A stretch of DNA of 64,000 bases, taken from NCBI GenBank assembly GCA_963735785.1, contig CAVTMH010000003.1, forward strand, positions 613,708 through 677,707, written 5' to 3'. The notes under the pieces are model-generated. The model saw nothing but the letters and a program-made list of their open reading frames with translations, searched no databases and had not been told where the DNA came from. The translations under genes and the position numbers were made by a program. Positions 63,349 through 64,000 of this stretch are shown piece by piece (position 1 is the first letter of the stretch; each line of letters starts with the position of its first letter). The DNA is from an uncultured Chloroflexia bacterium. Its GTDB lineage: Bacteria > Chloroflexota > Limnocylindria > Limnocylindrales > CSP1-4.

Positions 63349-64000
63349 CTAGAACTGGTCGAGGTAGCGCTCGACCTCCCAGTCACTGACCTGGGTCCGG
63401 TACTCGTCCCATTCGGCACGCTTCGCCTCGACGTAGTGGCTGAACACGTGGTCGCCGAGGGCTTCGCGGATGACGTCGTCGCGCTCGAGCTCGTCGAGGG
63501 CCTCGCCCAGCGTCCCCGGCAGCTCGCGGATGCCCTTCTCCGCGATCCGGGTCGCGTCCATCTCGAACAGCGATTCCTCGACCGGGTCGGCGAGCACCAT
63601 GTTCTTCGCCACACCGTCGAGCCCGGCCGCGATCATCGCCGCGAAGGCCAGATAGGTGTTCGAGGACGGATCCGGGCAGCGGACCTCGGCCCGCGTGCCC
63701 TCCACGGAACGCCCGGGCGAGACCATCGGCACGCGGATGAGCGCGGACCGGTTCGTGCGTCCCCACGTCAGATAGGTCGGGGCCTCGTAGCCCGGCACGA
63801 GCCGCTTGTACGAGTTCACCAGCGGTGCGAGGACCGCGATCATGCCTCGCGCATGGGCGAGGATCCCGGCCATGTACGAGCGCGCCACGTCGGACAGCCC
63901 GTACGGATCCGCGGCATCGGCGAACGCGTTGCGCCCCTCGGCGATCGACCACAGCGACTGATGGGCATGCATCCCCGACCCGTTGATGCCGTGGATGGGC
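63349..64000 (-). CDS. glnA: Glutamine synthetase type I, C-terminal part (gene continues beyond window end)
   Basis: MHAHQSLW…NSYKRLVPGYEAPTYLTWGRTNRSALIRVP…NTYLAFAAMIAAGLDG are GS catalytic-domain signatures, including the adenylylation-loop region. Confidence 0.85.
   Translation of the reverse strand, partial: PIHGINGSGMHAHQSLWSIAEGRNAFADAADPYGLSDVARSYMAGILAHARGMIAVLAPLVNSYKRLVPGYEAPTYLTWGRTNRSALIRVPMVSPGRSVEGTRAEVRCPDPSSNTYLAFAAMIAAGLDGVAKNMVLADPVEESLFEMDATRIAEKGIRELPGTLGEALDELERDDVIREALGDHVFSHYVEAKRAEWDEYRTQVSDWEVERYLDQF

Overview
This is a high-GC (~70%) chromosomal segment that looks actinobacterial. It carries an mtrA-mtrB-lpqB-like two-component locus, several F420/LLM-type oxidoreductases, DUF2277 and a 2TM-domain protein. 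I support about 55 protein-coding genes, two tRNAs (tRNA-Sec and tRNA-Pro), two frameshifted pseudogenes, a SECIS hairpin and one terminator hairpin. I did not recognise any CRISPR array, transposase or integrase.

The main functional island is a selenium / molybdenum-cofactor / formate-dehydrogenase module at roughly 14.1-29.2 kb:
- selC(tRNA-Sec)-selA-selB-mobA form an operon on the minus strand, with selD divergent on the plus strand.
- A formate dehydrogenase catalytic subunit (fdhA) carries an in-frame UGA (Sec) codon in the canonical C-x-R-x-U-H motif, followed by a SECIS-like hairpin whose apical loop is GGUCU.
- Downstream come a formamidase, an APC permease, a class-III nucleotide cyclase, a NuoE-NuoF fusion and a NuoG-N-terminal-like Fe-S protein. 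That last protein ends with the [4Fe-4S] domain the catalytic subunit lacks, so the FDH alpha subunit appears split across two genes.
- fdhD closes the module on the minus strand.

Other content:
- An SbcD/SbcC-like nuclease-ATPase pair.
- A sugar ABC transporter, SDR and LacI cluster.
- A GMC oxidoreductase and a GH13/CBM48 glucan enzyme.
- A roughly 980-aa secreted BNR-repeat protein with tandem Ig-like repeats.
- A B12-dependent methionine synthase gene (metH) interrupted by nine +1 frameshifts, all in its 3' half, and an MFS transporter gene with a -1 frameshift.
- A partial glnA at the right edge and a partial MFS gene at the left edge.

Many of the long ORFs in the supplied six-frame track are alternate-frame or antisense artefacts of the high GC content. 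I ignored them unless the translated protein was recognisable.
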